Shown here piece after piece: positions 29,127 through 38,816 of a DNA stretch of 64,000 bases. Each line of letters begins with the position of its first letter. Position 1 is the stretch's first letter. Below the pieces are notes generated by a model, which was not told the origin of the DNA, did not search any database, and saw nothing but the letters and a program-made list of their open reading frames with translations. The position numbers were made by a program, and so were the translations under genes. The stretch is from a virus, in the IMG/VR virus record IMGVR_UViG_3300031576_000019, positions 26,774 to 90,773 of that record. One strand, 5' to 3'.

Positions 29127-30140
29127 CTATTCTCCGGTATAACCTTTGCCAATCTGAACGGCCAACTCCTGGCCCTCCAACCGGCATACTAATCGTCCGC
29201 CCATCTTCAAGAAACGGGCCGGGATAATCTCGCTCCAATCCAGTGAGTAGCGCGCAAAGCCAAGGCCATGCACCCAGTTGGTCCAGGAACGTTTCATTTT
29301 CTTATAGTGTGGATGCAGATCGCACAGACACCCACACTCCAAACCCTCAATCCCGTTGTCCATCACCACATGAGCAAAGCGGTGGTTATGGCCCACCATC
29401 ACCGAGCGTACCACCCGTCCCCGCCGATTGCCCGAGTCCGCAATCTCTGCCCGCACCGACTCGCCCGGCAGACTCTTTATTTTTGAGCCGTGGATGACCC
29501 GCAAGGTGTCGCCAGCCAAGAAGGCTTCAATTAACCGGCTTTCATCAATCGCAACCAGATTGTGGAATTTCAATTCATCAATCTCGGCTAGCTCAGGGGC
29601 CTTCCTGTAAATAAATCGCTGGTAGCGGGTATAAGTGTGATTGTCCATCACCCACCAGACCTCCGCATCCGGGGCCGCACTTTGCAGAGCTCGCCGCTTC
29701 AACTTTTCGTCCTTCAGCTCATCGGCTACCGAATAACGCGGTCCGTCCGGTGCAAACTCGCCCAGCGTCTCAAAATCCATTGCGTCATTACCCCAAGTAA
29801 TATGATTGGGAGCCATCAACTCAATGCACTTGAGCGCCAGTTCCCACGCATACGGGTCAGCGTATAGGCCATGGGCATCGGTCGGGTTAGCCAACATCAA
29901 CACCTCTTTCCCCACCGGGGGCTGATATTCTGCTATTCGATGATTGGAAACAGCAGAAGCAGTATTGAGGGCTACGGGAGTAAAGGTGGTTGGAAGGTGA
30001 TACTGACGATATTCCCTTAGTCGGCGAGAGAGCGTCTCGGGCCGCATTCCCAAACTTGCGGCAGTGGCAGAAACATCAAGACTACTATTACTGACCAGCT
30101 TAGTCTTTTGTTCATCTGTCAAATCAGTCCATGTCGCCAT
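29127..30140 (-). CDS. Calcineurin-like metallophosphoesterase with an N-terminal HTH
   Basis: TDAH, GND, DNH, IHG, GHNHR and GCLC motifs; AASLGMRPETLSRRL. Confidence 0.8.
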   Translation of the reverse strand: MATWTDLTDEQKTKLVSNSSLDVSATAASLGMRPETLSRRLREYRQYHLPTTFTPVALNTASAVSNHRIAEYQPPVGKEVLMLANPTDAHGLYADPYAWELALKCIELMAPNHITWGNDAMDFETLGEFAPDGPRYSVADELKDEKLKRRALQSAAPDAEVWWVMDNHTYTRYQRFIYRKAPELAEIDELKFHNLVAIDESRLIEAFLAGDTLRVIHGSKIKSLPGESVRAEIADSGNRRGRVVRSVMVGHNHRFAHVVMDNGIEGLECGCLCDLHPHYKKMKRSWTNWVHGLGFARYSLDWSEIIPARFLKMGGRLVCRLEGQELAVQIGKGYTGE

Positions 30141-30547
30141 TAAGGTCCTTTCAATAGAACATGCAAGCGTTGCAAGATGCCAGTTTCATAAAACAGGAAG
30201 ACTACCAAAACCATGCTTGCAATATCCTGAATTGCCCTGCGCGGATTAGCCTGAAACGCCGCCATCCATGACTTGTGTTGCGGGTTATCCGGCTTCAAGT
30301 GGGTCGCCATTAAAGTCTTCAACTCCTGCACCGACTCCGCCGTGTTCTGAGTCGCCTTGAGAATCGTCACCAGTTCCTTCTGGTGTTGCTCCGTTTCCTC
30401 CCGAAGCACCGTCACCGTCTCCAACAGGCCCGGCCGGCCGTTCCCCTCCAATAGGCGAGCGATCCGCTCCGTCGAGGCTGTCAGCGTTTCCAGATGCGCC
30501 TCCATCCGGCCCAGTCGCGGACTGGGCCGGGGTTTGATTTGTGGCAT
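30140..30547 (-). CDS. Coiled-coil protein with a C-terminal TM segment (lysis-module associated)
   Basis: LLEGNGRPGL, coiled coil and hydrophobic C-terminus. Confidence 0.55.
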   Translation of the reverse strand: MPQIKPRPSPRLGRMEAHLETLTASTERIARLLEGNGRPGLLETVTVLREETEQHQKELVTILKATQNTAESVQELKTLMATHLKPDNPQHKSWMAAFQANPRRAIQDIASMVLVVFLFYETGILQRLHVLLKGP

Positions 30548-30848
30548 GAGCAATGTCCTGTTCTTTCTTTAGCCCCGCCTTGAACTTCTCAGCCCGTAGT
30601 CCATCCCGGATGATTTGCAAAATGTCAATCACCTCATCAAACGAGATGTTCTGCGACCCAACAATGCGGAACTCCTTGGTCAGCGGTTTGAAGAAAAATC
30701 CAAAGAATTTCTCGGTGGACACAATCTCAAACGCCATCTGCTCAATCGCGGCCAATTGCGTCTCTGGATTATCACTGCCCGTCATCTCGGCCATCCGTTG
30801 CGCGAACTGTTGCTTCTGGTTTCCCCGGTTGCGTGCGCCTTTGCTCAT
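30285..30848 (-). CDS. Hypothetical protein; its acidic tail overlaps the next gene
   Basis: AGGAGA RBS with a GTGAA-N6-TTCAC site just upstream. Confidence 0.5.
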   Translation of the reverse strand: MSKGARNRGNQKQQFAQRMAEMTGSDNPETQLAAIEQMAFEIVSTEKFFGFFFKPLTKEFRIVGSQNISFDEVIDILQIIRDGLRAEKFKAGLKKEQDIAHATNQTPAQSATGPDGGASGNADSLDGADRSPIGGERPAGPVGDGDGASGGNGATPEGTGDDSQGDSEHGGVGAGVEDFNGDPLEAG

Positions 30849-30900
30849 AGTGTCTCCTGTGAATAATATTTCACAATTCTACTTTTTTGGGGGGAATTTG

Positions 30901-32325
30901 TCAACTCAATTTCCGTCGCCGTATATGTTTCTCCAGCGCCCCCAGGGTGGGGTAGAGCACATGGCGCGCGCGCTTGGAATAGTCCAATTCCAATCCAGCG
31001 ATAAGAACACCGGTCGCCAGTAGTGAGTCTACGTCGGGCCGGAAGCCCTCGGTCGGCCCACCAGACAGCGGATTCACAAATTGTGGATCAAGGGCCTTGC
31101 TGTTTGCATGCGCGTCAAGGGCTGGGATACCATTCGGCCAATTGTTTGGGCCAATGGTTGTCCAAAAGGCTTGATCGCCACCTAAGTCTAGTGAGTTCCC
31201 ATCCGCTCCTTTGGCAATGGTGTTGTAGCGCAGGATACCACCTGAGGGGTCAGGTCGTCCCACTGCAACCAGGTCAAAGTCAATGGAATACAGGAAGGGT
31301 TCAGTAATAGTGTTGTACTCAATGGTCACGTTGGCCCAGGTATTACCGTTGTTGACGTTAGCCGCGCTATGCCAATAGTGAATCCCACGCCCACACTTGG
31401 CCAGAATGTTGTTTGAGACAGAAATCTTATAAAGTGTCCCATCCCCATTGGCCTCATTGGCCATCATCACACCATGCGCGGGTCGAGCATCCCGATAGTA
31501 GGTCGTATTGGTAGAGTAGCAATAGTTGTCCTTGATGGTGACGTAATCCGTCGTCACGCCCTCCTCGCACGGCGCATCAAGATAGAAGCAGGTGCTCCAC
31601 ACATCATGGATGATGTTTCCAAACGCCGAGCCAGTGCCGTGATAGAAGTTGATGCCCTCACCCCACGACAGGGAAACGTTGTTACCCGTAATTAGCCAGC
31701 GCCGCGAAACATGCCCATCTGGCCAGTTGAAGCATGAGATGACGCTGGCCCAGCCACTTCCACCGAGGGCATTGTTCTCGTTCTCCATTACACAGTTGTA
31801 AAGGCGGTTCGAGATAACGGCAATATCGTCGCCGCTCCCGCCAATAGCCCGCCGTTCGATTTCAAACAGCGTATTATTTGATATGATAATGCAGGCGCAG
31901 GATGTAACCGAAATGCCCCGCTCGGTTGAGTTCTTGAATGTCATTCCGTCCAGGATGCAATAGCTGGCTGACGAGAACCGCACCAGTGAATCGTTGGCCG
32001 CCAGCGTTGCCGAAACTCCGTCAATAATCACTGGCCCGTCTCCGGCCGCCTTGAAGATAACCCAGGCCGTCACTGTTCCTACCGAGGTAATCGTCTGCAT
32101 TCCCGAAGGCGTATAAGTCCCGCCATGCACCAGTATCACCGTCCCCGCCCCCGCCACCTGACTCGCCTTCTGCAAAGTTGCGTATGGCGCGGCCAAGCTG
32201 CCGATACCTGTCGTGTCGTTCCCTGTCCCCACCCCGGGCGGCGGGGATGAAGTTGGAGCGACGTGCAACTCAACGGGTATCGGCAGGCCACCCCCTTCGC
32301 CAAACAAAATTAATTGAACTAACAT
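30901..32325 (-). CDS. Right-handed beta-helix protein (pectin lyase-like; tailspike/depolymerase candidate)
   Basis: GSLAAPYATLQKA, VHGGTY and repeated I.NN stacks. Confidence 0.75.
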   Translation of the reverse strand: MLVQLILFGEGGGLPIPVELHVAPTSSPPPGVGTGNDTTGIGSLAAPYATLQKASQVAGAGTVILVHGGTYTPSGMQTITSVGTVTAWVIFKAAGDGPVIIDGVSATLAANDSLVRFSSASYCILDGMTFKNSTERGISVTSCACIIISNNTLFEIERRAIGGSGDDIAVISNRLYNCVMENENNALGGSGWASVISCFNWPDGHVSRRWLITGNNVSLSWGEGINFYHGTGSAFGNIIHDVWSTCFYLDAPCEEGVTTDYVTIKDNYCYSTNTTYYRDARPAHGVMMANEANGDGTLYKISVSNNILAKCGRGIHYWHSAANVNNGNTWANVTIEYNTITEPFLYSIDFDLVAVGRPDPSGGILRYNTIAKGADGNSLDLGGDQAFWTTIGPNNWPNGIPALDAHANSKALDPQFVNPLSGGPTEGFRPDVDSLLATGVLIAGLELDYSKRARHVLYPTLGALEKHIRRRKLS

Positions 32326-32340
32326 GGATGAATTTCTGGC

Positions 32341-33057
32341 CTATCGCCAGATCGGCCACAACGTTCCCATGTCGGACAACGAAATCGGAATGTCCCACAC
32401 AGCCACCTGCCCAATAAAGCCATCCCAGACGCTGTTACTGGCTTGACGACAGCCAAGATTACAGCGCAAGGTGCTCAGACTACCGGTATACGCCGCCGTA
32501 ATAGCTGCTGTTCCCTCTACTCGACCATTGAAAATGGCCTGCATCAGCAAGCGCGAGAAGGACCAAATCATCCCCATCATAAAGGGCGTATCCCAAGAAC
32601 CCATATTCCCCCGCACCACTTGCGCCGAACCCGCGCCTCCAACATAGTTCCAATTCACTTGGGCCAAGGCGTCGTCACCTGTCATAAATACACCGTTGTT
32701 ACTGTCTACTTCAATCCGTAGAAGATTCTTGGACAGACCACTGCTCCAGACCGCAGTGCTGGAGGGTTTGGCAAAAACAACCGCTGCGCCCTCCTGGCCA
32801 TTGAATATCGTGTTGAGGGCTGAGGAATAGACATTGATCTGACTCGCTGAACCGCCCCCGGCAAACGATGCACAGCGCCGTCCGTCCCCGAGAGTAGGTT
32901 GGTCAAGGGTGACAGATGTGGCAACAGCATCGGCTAGGTGACCGGTGCAATCCTTGATAGCCGTTCCTGCCCGCTCCTCACATACCCAATGTGCAATGCG
33001 ATGGCCAGGAGCAATAGTCGCAATCCGGTCATAGAGTTCGTAATTTCTATTGGGCAT
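32341..33057 (-). CDS. LamG/concanavalin-like domain virion protein
   Basis: W..EERAGT..D and WDGFIGQVAVWD..LS. Confidence 0.7.
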   Translation of the reverse strand: MPNRNYELYDRIATIAPGHRIAHWVCEERAGTAIKDCTGHLADAVATSVTLDQPTLGDGRRCASFAGGGSASQINVYSSALNTIFNGQEGAAVVFAKPSSTAVWSSGLSKNLLRIEVDSNNGVFMTGDDALAQVNWNYVGGAGSAQVVRGNMGSWDTPFMMGMIWSFSRLLMQAIFNGRVEGTAAITAAYTGSLSTLRCNLGCRQASNSVWDGFIGQVAVWDIPISLSDMGTLWPIWR

Positions 33058-34065
33058 TTAGGCTTTGGGTCGCTTGAAGATTAGACGGAACTCAAACACC
33101 TCTGCCGAGACGGGCACATAGGCATTTCGCACCACGAGCAGTCCGTATATGTCTTGCAGACTTCCAGTACACTTGAGGGGAAGACTGAGACCCTGAACGG
33201 GGAAGATCACGTTTCCGTCCGCGCCCGCCGTAGCATCCCCCACATAGTAAGCGTTGAGTGGGATCACCCCAATCAGAGTGGCCAGCTCGGCATCCGTGGG
33301 TGTAAACAAGGCGTTGTCATTGTCGGGTGTCACCGAGGCGTCAAACAGCCAAAGCTCAAATTGGCCCTTGAGTGTTTGGTTTGCGCCGTCAATCAAGATG
33401 GCCCCAACAACTTCATTAGATCCGGCCGGAAGCGGCGTCACACCCGTAAAGGTAATTTTTACTGGCGCACTGGTGCTGTTGGTGACAGCATCTCCCGCCG
33501 CATAGGTGGTTGTATTGGCTGGCCGAGTAAAGCTAGCGTTTACCGAGGGTGTATCACCCTCGTAGATGTAGAGCCGATTGAGAGCATCAAAGATGGGCAG
33601 AGTATATTCACCATCAGCCGATGGCAACGATGCTGGCACGTCTTTACGGACACCCATAACCGCCACCCCTTTATCAGTTGACGCATGGGCGGAATCCTCC
33701 GTGTGCATGATGTCTTCATCACTGGCGAGTGTGACAGCTAGTGCATTCGCTTTGGTTTTCTGCCCCAGACTGACAGGAAGAAGCGCAATCAGACTGGTAA
33801 TACGTTGAGCGATGCGTTGCAGGCGCCCATTAAGGCCGCTGGAAGCTGTGTCGGAAGCTGGAGCCGTTTCAGTCAGTGCGCCCGTGATGGCGCCAATGGC
33901 AACATCGGTTACAGTCTTAGCATCATCCGTGCCCGAAAATTCAACCAGGCCCACTGGCGCAATATGAACACTCGCATCACCCGAATAAGTTACTTGCCGG
34001 GTAGCGATCTTGCTCCCGGAGGGTACGGTTGAGACAGTCGTTTGGGTCGTAAGATTATCAGCCAC
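33058..34065 (-). CDS. Virion structural / tail-fibre-associated protein
   Basis: Thr/Ala-rich; TRPANTTTYAAGDAV; position in the tail module. Confidence 0.55.
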   Translation of the reverse strand: MADNLTTQTTVSTVPSGSKIATRQVTYSGDASVHIAPVGLVEFSGTDDAKTVTDVAIGAITGALTETAPASDTASSGLNGRLQRIAQRITSLIALLPVSLGQKTKANALAVTLASDEDIMHTEDSAHASTDKGVAVMGVRKDVPASLPSADGEYTLPIFDALNRLYIYEGDTPSVNASFTRPANTTTYAAGDAVTNSTSAPVKITFTGVTPLPAGSNEVVGAILIDGANQTLKGQFELWLFDASVTPDNDNALFTPTDAELATLIGVIPLNAYYVGDATAGADGNVIFPVQGLSLPLKCTGSLQDIYGLLVVRNAYVPVSAEVFEFRLIFKRPKA

Positions 34066-34077
34066 AGAACACTTCCT

Positions 34078-35010
34078 TTACACAAATACGGATGCGGACA
34101 CCCAATAGTCAGGGGTCGCACTAATTTGAATCCAGCCATCCAGCGTGATACGCGAGATCAGACATTCCCAAGTGACGTTTCGTAGGACATTGATTTCTTT
34201 TCCATGCGGCTTGTCACAAACCGGGAAATTTTGAAGAATAGGCTTTCGGCGCTTGCCAGACAGGAAGGCCCACTTGGGTGGTAGACCTCCACGCGCATTC
34301 ATATCAACATTGCCCGCAATCCCAAGCACACGCCCGCCAGCTGAATACTGCCAGGTATGCCACTTATTCCATTGGCCAAAGAGACTGGGCCCGATTTCAT
34401 TGTAGCCCGCTACCCACAGTGGGAAGGCCGAGAAGTCCTCACCTCCAGTACAGTAGTTCCAAGCCCAGCCATTCGTGTACAAGATAGGTTGAGTGCGCCC
34501 GTCCAGCCATTCCTCTAGGTGAAATAGCGCCAGACCAAGTTCTTTAGTGTATGCGCGTTGGTCAATCGTCTCATAACCCTCACCAACCTTGCGAGGCTCC
34601 ACATCCCATACCGGAGGCAACTCACCCCTATCCCCCTCCAAGTTGGAGGAAAACCAGTCGGCTTGGGTGACGCCTTTTGTGCCGGCAATATGATAGTGAT
34701 ACGCCTGTCGGGGGATACCTACTCGTTTAGCCTCAGCCCAGTTGCGCTTAAATTGGGTGTCCAGGCCCGTAATGCCCAGCGTGGCCCGGATAGCGACAAA
34801 CGCTGGATTAGCTTGGGCCAGTTTGTCCCAATCAATCACACCCTGATGCCTTGATACATCCAGGCCAAGTCCTATTCTGGGTGGCAGAACAATCGGGGCA
34901 GGCGGCGAAATAATCGGAGGCACCGGAACCAGCCTCAGAATGGCATAGCCCTCTTGAAAAGCATCGTAGGGAACATCAATGACGGGAATATCAGGGGGAA
35001 AGTCAGGCAT
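34078..35010 (-). CDS. GH25 muramidase endolysin
   Basis: GLDVSRHQG, AYHY, DVE, LWVAGY, WQYS and VDMN; AAGGAG RBS before the ATG at 35010. Confidence 0.9.
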   Translation of the reverse strand: MPDFPPDIPVIDVPYDAFQEGYAILRLVPVPPIISPPAPIVLPPRIGLGLDVSRHQGVIDWDKLAQANPAFVAIRATLGITGLDTQFKRNWAEAKRVGIPRQAYHYHIAGTKGVTQADWFSSNLEGDRGELPPVWDVEPRKVGEGYETIDQRAYTKELGLALFHLEEWLDGRTQPILYTNGWAWNYCTGGEDFSAFPLWVAGYNEIGPSLFGQWNKWHTWQYSAGGRVLGIAGNVDMNARGGLPPKWAFLSGKRRKPILQNFPVCDKPHGKEINVLRNVTWECLISRITLDGWIQISATPDYWVSASVFV

Positions 35011-35063
35011 CAGTTTATCTCCTTGTGAACAATTATTCATATAATAGGGCAAAAAGAAAGGGT

Positions 35064-38000
35064 CTACCCCACCACGCTCAACTCAACCGCACTAACCTGC
35101 GCCGTGCCAGCAAAGGTGTCCCCCGCCACATTACCATCCCGAAAGAGACGGAATCCAACCGCATCACCTTCGGAGAAACTTGAAAGTGACATCGTGCCAC
35201 TATTAGTTCCTACCCGGTTGACCACACCCGGGCCAGAGACAAATAGATTTACAGAAGCAGTCGCCGAGCCTGGCAAGTCTGTTCCGCTCACGAGCCGCCG
35301 CACCTCGCCCACAAAGTTGCACTGTCCAGTATCGGTGGTAGATGGCGACCACCATATCTTAACTGTCAGCGTGCGACCTGACCAACCACGCGGTAGAGAA
35401 ATGTTCCAGTCTGTGATTGAATCCAACCCATTGTCTAAATATTGGATGAAACCATTGTTTGAGAATGAACCAAGAGTAACGCCTACTCCCAGATGCGCCG
35501 CCGAGTGGATCAGCCCAACACGCGGCTGTCCGAGCGGCACCGTCCTGGACGCATCGTTAATGAAATAAGGCCAGGACTGAGTTGAATCAGCAAACAGGCG
35601 AACGTAGTTGGCTGGTGGGCTTGCTGGAGCTGCGATTTCCCGAAAGTCTATGACTCCTTCGGGAACGGTTGTTGTAGGCGCAGTGCCTACGACTAGGCCA
35701 GCGCCTGTAAGAGTCAGGTAGTTAACATCCGCTCCAGCACCCGCCGAATCGCAATGGAGCACAAGCGAGACAGGGGTTGCGCCGCCACTATAGGAAGCGA
35801 GTAGCTCAAGCAGGCCTTTTCCACTGTTAGCCGATGTTTCGCCAGCAGACTGAATCTGTAGAGACGAAACGGGCCGACCTGACGACATAGGGCCGTGTAG
35901 AAGTTGACCGGCATAAGTGGCGACGCCCGCCGAAGAACTGTGGGTCTGTAGGAAGGTCTTGGTCACCCCACCTAGAGTGTCGACAAACCTAAGCGCCTTA
36001 GCGTCTTCGTAAGCTAAATTGCCAACCAGGATTTCCAAACCTGTGTTGCCAATTCGAATACTATCCCCACCAGCGATAATGTAACCAGAAGTATCAATAT
36101 AAGCCTGTGTAGTCGTCCCACCCCGGAAGTTGAACCTCCCCAAACTCTGGTCCCAGAATAGATTGGCTTTGCTGGCCGAGTTATCCCCAATCAAAATATC
36201 GCCCGCCGCAAAGACCGAGGCTTCTCCATTGTAGGTTTGTGCGTTGTTGAAGATCACTAGAGCGGTAGAGGACGGGGTGGCAATATCTCGGCCAATGAAC
36301 ACATCGCCATCCGCTTGAAGGTCAATTGCGACGGTCGTTCCCGTCCTAAGTCTAAGTCCCAAAGGGGTAATCTTTAGATTTGGCTTGGCGGATGTGTTAT
36401 CTCCAATCAGAACATCTCCAGAACTCATGCTCTCGGAATTGTAGGTCTGGGCTATATTGAAAATGGCCAGATTGGTAGTCGCCGGTGCGCTTACATCCCT
36501 GCCTACCAGAATATCACCATTAGCCCTCCACTGCCCAATGCGTGTACCAGCACCATTAAGGATACGTAGGCCATTGATTACATCTACTGTCAGGCTGGTC
36601 TTTCCTGTGCCATATTCACCCAGACCAATGCCATAAGTATCAGAAACGTAATCGTATGAACCATTTAGATTTCCCAGCCGCGCGCGCAAGGCCTGAATTG
36701 CCCAGGGCGCTCCTAAGTGTGTCACCATACTTAGATTAGGGGCCGCTCCAATTGCGCCATCCGCTGACTGCGATATCACCCCCGCACCCGACTGACCATA
36801 GTTCACTATGGCGACACCCTTGCGGAAGGTATAGTTCGTGCCAATAGCGGGTGACCGCTTAGCTATGCCGAGCCTCCAGTAAGTCGTTTGGTCTACCTTG
36901 CCGACCACTAATCCCCAAAATGCGCCCGTTGCCGGGTCCTTGATGTACACCACATCCCCCACTGTCCACAACGCTCCGGCTGTCGCATGGGTGATCCCAT
37001 CTGGGTCAGTCACGTCTACATTGACAGCCGACAGGTCCCACGGCCAAGCCTTGCCACTCCCAGAGTTATAAAGAACGGTGTACTCTGCGTCACCTAAAGC
37101 CCGTCGCCAGACCGACACTTCATCAATCCGCCCATTCATATAGGCCGACCCATTGGTACGCCCAATCTCAAATGCCTTAGTGCTGTCCTGAGCCCCTACC
37201 GTATGCGCGGTGGCGTCTGCGAGGCCATTTACCTTAATGGCAATCTGGTCTATCCCAGCATAGTGCTGACCGAAGATGTAATACCAAGTAGACATAGCAG
37301 GTGAACCAAACACATTCGCCACAACGATTGTTTGGGTGGTGCCATTGGAAACCCGGAACTGGAAGCGGTCACCCGCGCTATCATATTCAAGCGAATACTC
37401 GGTCGCCGAGGCCCCACTCCCATTACACTTTGACACCAGCCCGCGCGATGATGCCTTCGACGACAAGTATACCCAGCACCCAATGGTAAAATCCACATCT
37501 CCAAACGAAAGCGGCGCATTGTCAACAATGGATAGATATTCGCTGCTACCCGAGTCGAAACTCGCCGCCGTCCCCTGTTTGCCAGTCGCGCTGGTCGCCG
37601 TGTTATTGTCAGTCAAATCCAGCGCGTTGACGGCGTTAACATCCACGCGCGCTCCGCTTGTCTCCTCCAATTTCCAGTGACCCTCTAGGCCGTTCCAATA
37701 AGTATCATCAACGGTTGTGAAGTCAGCCCGCGCTACTCCCACCGCTTTGGCCACAATGCTGGTGCCGCCCGTCGCTTGGATAGAGTTGGTTGTAAAGGTT
37801 GAAACCGTGAATGCGCCGCGCGCCTTGATATTGTTGAACTCAGCGTCGCCCGTCACTCCATCCAAATTGAAGCCCTGTAAGCCCGCCAAGAAGGTGCTGG
37901 TGCGAATGCGCTTGTTGGCCCCATCAATGTCAATCGCCGGATTCCCGGCCCCGACCTTGAGTGTGCCCAGAAAGAAACCGGTCGTCGCATACAGATCTCC

Positions 38001-38816
38001 AGTCGGGGTAACTCTGAACGGAGCTGTCGCCCGGTTAGCGTAAGTAGCGCCCCCGTAAAAGGGATAATCCAAAGGCGCCAATCCGGCGCTGGTCGCATTT
38101 ATGCCAGTGTCCTTTACCAATCGATCCGATGCAATCGTCCACCCACCAATCGTCCCGCCCGTCGCCGTGATATTGCCATTGGTGTCCAACGTAAAGTTGG
38201 TGGCCTTGATGAGCAACTTGTCGCCATCCCATTGCAGATAGCTGTTGACACTAGAGAATAGGGAGAGTTTGGCCTTGTCGGTAATTGGGTCCCAACCCAG
38301 CCAGACACCCGCCAGATTGCCGTACTGGTCAGGTGGCGCTTCACCAAAGCCAATCCAACCATCACTGTTCAGTTCCGAGTTGCGCTGGAAAATCCGGTCC
38401 GAGTCAATCTCCCACCCGCCAATTGAACCCGTCTCGGCCTCCAAATGGGTTGTGTCATGTTGATGGGTCTGGTCAGCCTTGAGCGCCAACTGTGAGGTTA
38501 TTTCGGTCTCGGTATAGTAAAGATTGTCATGCGCGTGGGTAGCGACTATGGACGCACTGGCCTGAGTGAGTGCGGCCGCCGAACTGCGCCCCGACACTCC
38601 CACCATCGAACCATCCCGGAAGCGGAGCAGGTAGACTTTATCCCCCGCCGCTACCGTTTGGGCCCCACCAATCACCGGCACATTGTCGAGAATGTTCCCG
38701 GTAGATTGAAGTCGGATACGGATAGTGTTCAGCCCCACCGCCTCCACCTTGCCTATGTCGTAGCGGCGGTCAAGTTCGGCATGAATAATACGGCGCAGTT
38801 CTTCAATTTGTATCAC
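35064..38816 (-). CDS. Tail fibre/spike protein with a LamG domain
   Basis: GSIGGW repeats, RLGNLNG, LamG (GRIDEVSVWRRAL). Confidence 0.7.
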   Translation of the reverse strand: MIQIEELRRIIHAELDRRYDIGKVEAVGLNTIRIRLQSTGNILDNVPVIGGAQTVAAGDKVYLLRFRDGSMVGVSGRSSAAALTQASASIVATHAHDNLYYTETEITSQLALKADQTHQHDTTHLEAETGSIGGWEIDSDRIFQRNSELNSDGWIGFGEAPPDQYGNLAGVWLGWDPITDKAKLSLFSSVNSYLQWDGDKLLIKATNFTLDTNGNITATGGTIGGWTIASDRLVKDTGINATSAGLAPLDYPFYGGATYANRATAPFRVTPTGDLYATTGFFLGTLKVGAGNPAIDIDGANKRIRTSTFLAGLQGFNLDGVTGDAEFNNIKARGAFTVSTFTTNSIQATGGTSIVAKAVGVARADFTTVDDTYWNGLEGHWKLEETSGARVDVNAVNALDLTDNNTATSATGKQGTAASFDSGSSEYLSIVDNAPLSFGDVDFTIGCWVYLSSKASSRGLVSKCNGSGASATEYSLEYDSAGDRFQFRVSNGTTQTIVVANVFGSPAMSTWYYIFGQHYAGIDQIAIKVNGLADATAHTVGAQDSTKAFEIGRTNGSAYMNGRIDEVSVWRRALGDAEYTVLYNSGSGKAWPWDLSAVNVDVTDPDGITHATAGALWTVGDVVYIKDPATGAFWGLVVGKVDQTTYWRLGIAKRSPAIGTNYTFRKGVAIVNYGQSGAGVISQSADGAIGAAPNLSMVTHLGAPWAIQALRARLGNLNGSYDYVSDTYGIGLGEYGTGKTSLTVDVINGLRILNGAGTRIGQWRANGDILVGRDVSAPATTNLAIFNIAQTYNSESMSSGDVLIGDNTSAKPNLKITPLGLRLRTGTTVAIDLQADGDVFIGRDIATPSSTALVIFNNAQTYNGEASVFAAGDILIGDNSASKANLFWDQSLGRFNFRGGTTTQAYIDTSGYIIAGGDSIRIGNTGLEILVGNLAYEDAKALRFVDTLGGVTKTFLQTHSSSAGVATYAGQLLHGPMSSGRPVSSLQIQSAGETSANSGKGLLELLASYSGGATPVSLVLHCDSAGAGADVNYLTLTGAGLVVGTAPTTTVPEGVIDFREIAAPASPPANYVRLFADSTQSWPYFINDASRTVPLGQPRVGLIHSAAHLGVGVTLGSFSNNGFIQYLDNGLDSITDWNISLPRGWSGRTLTVKIWWSPSTTDTGQCNFVGEVRRLVSGTDLPGSATASVNLFVSGPGVVNRVGTNSGTMSLSSFSEGDAVGFRLFRDGNVAGDTFAGTAQVSAVELSVVG

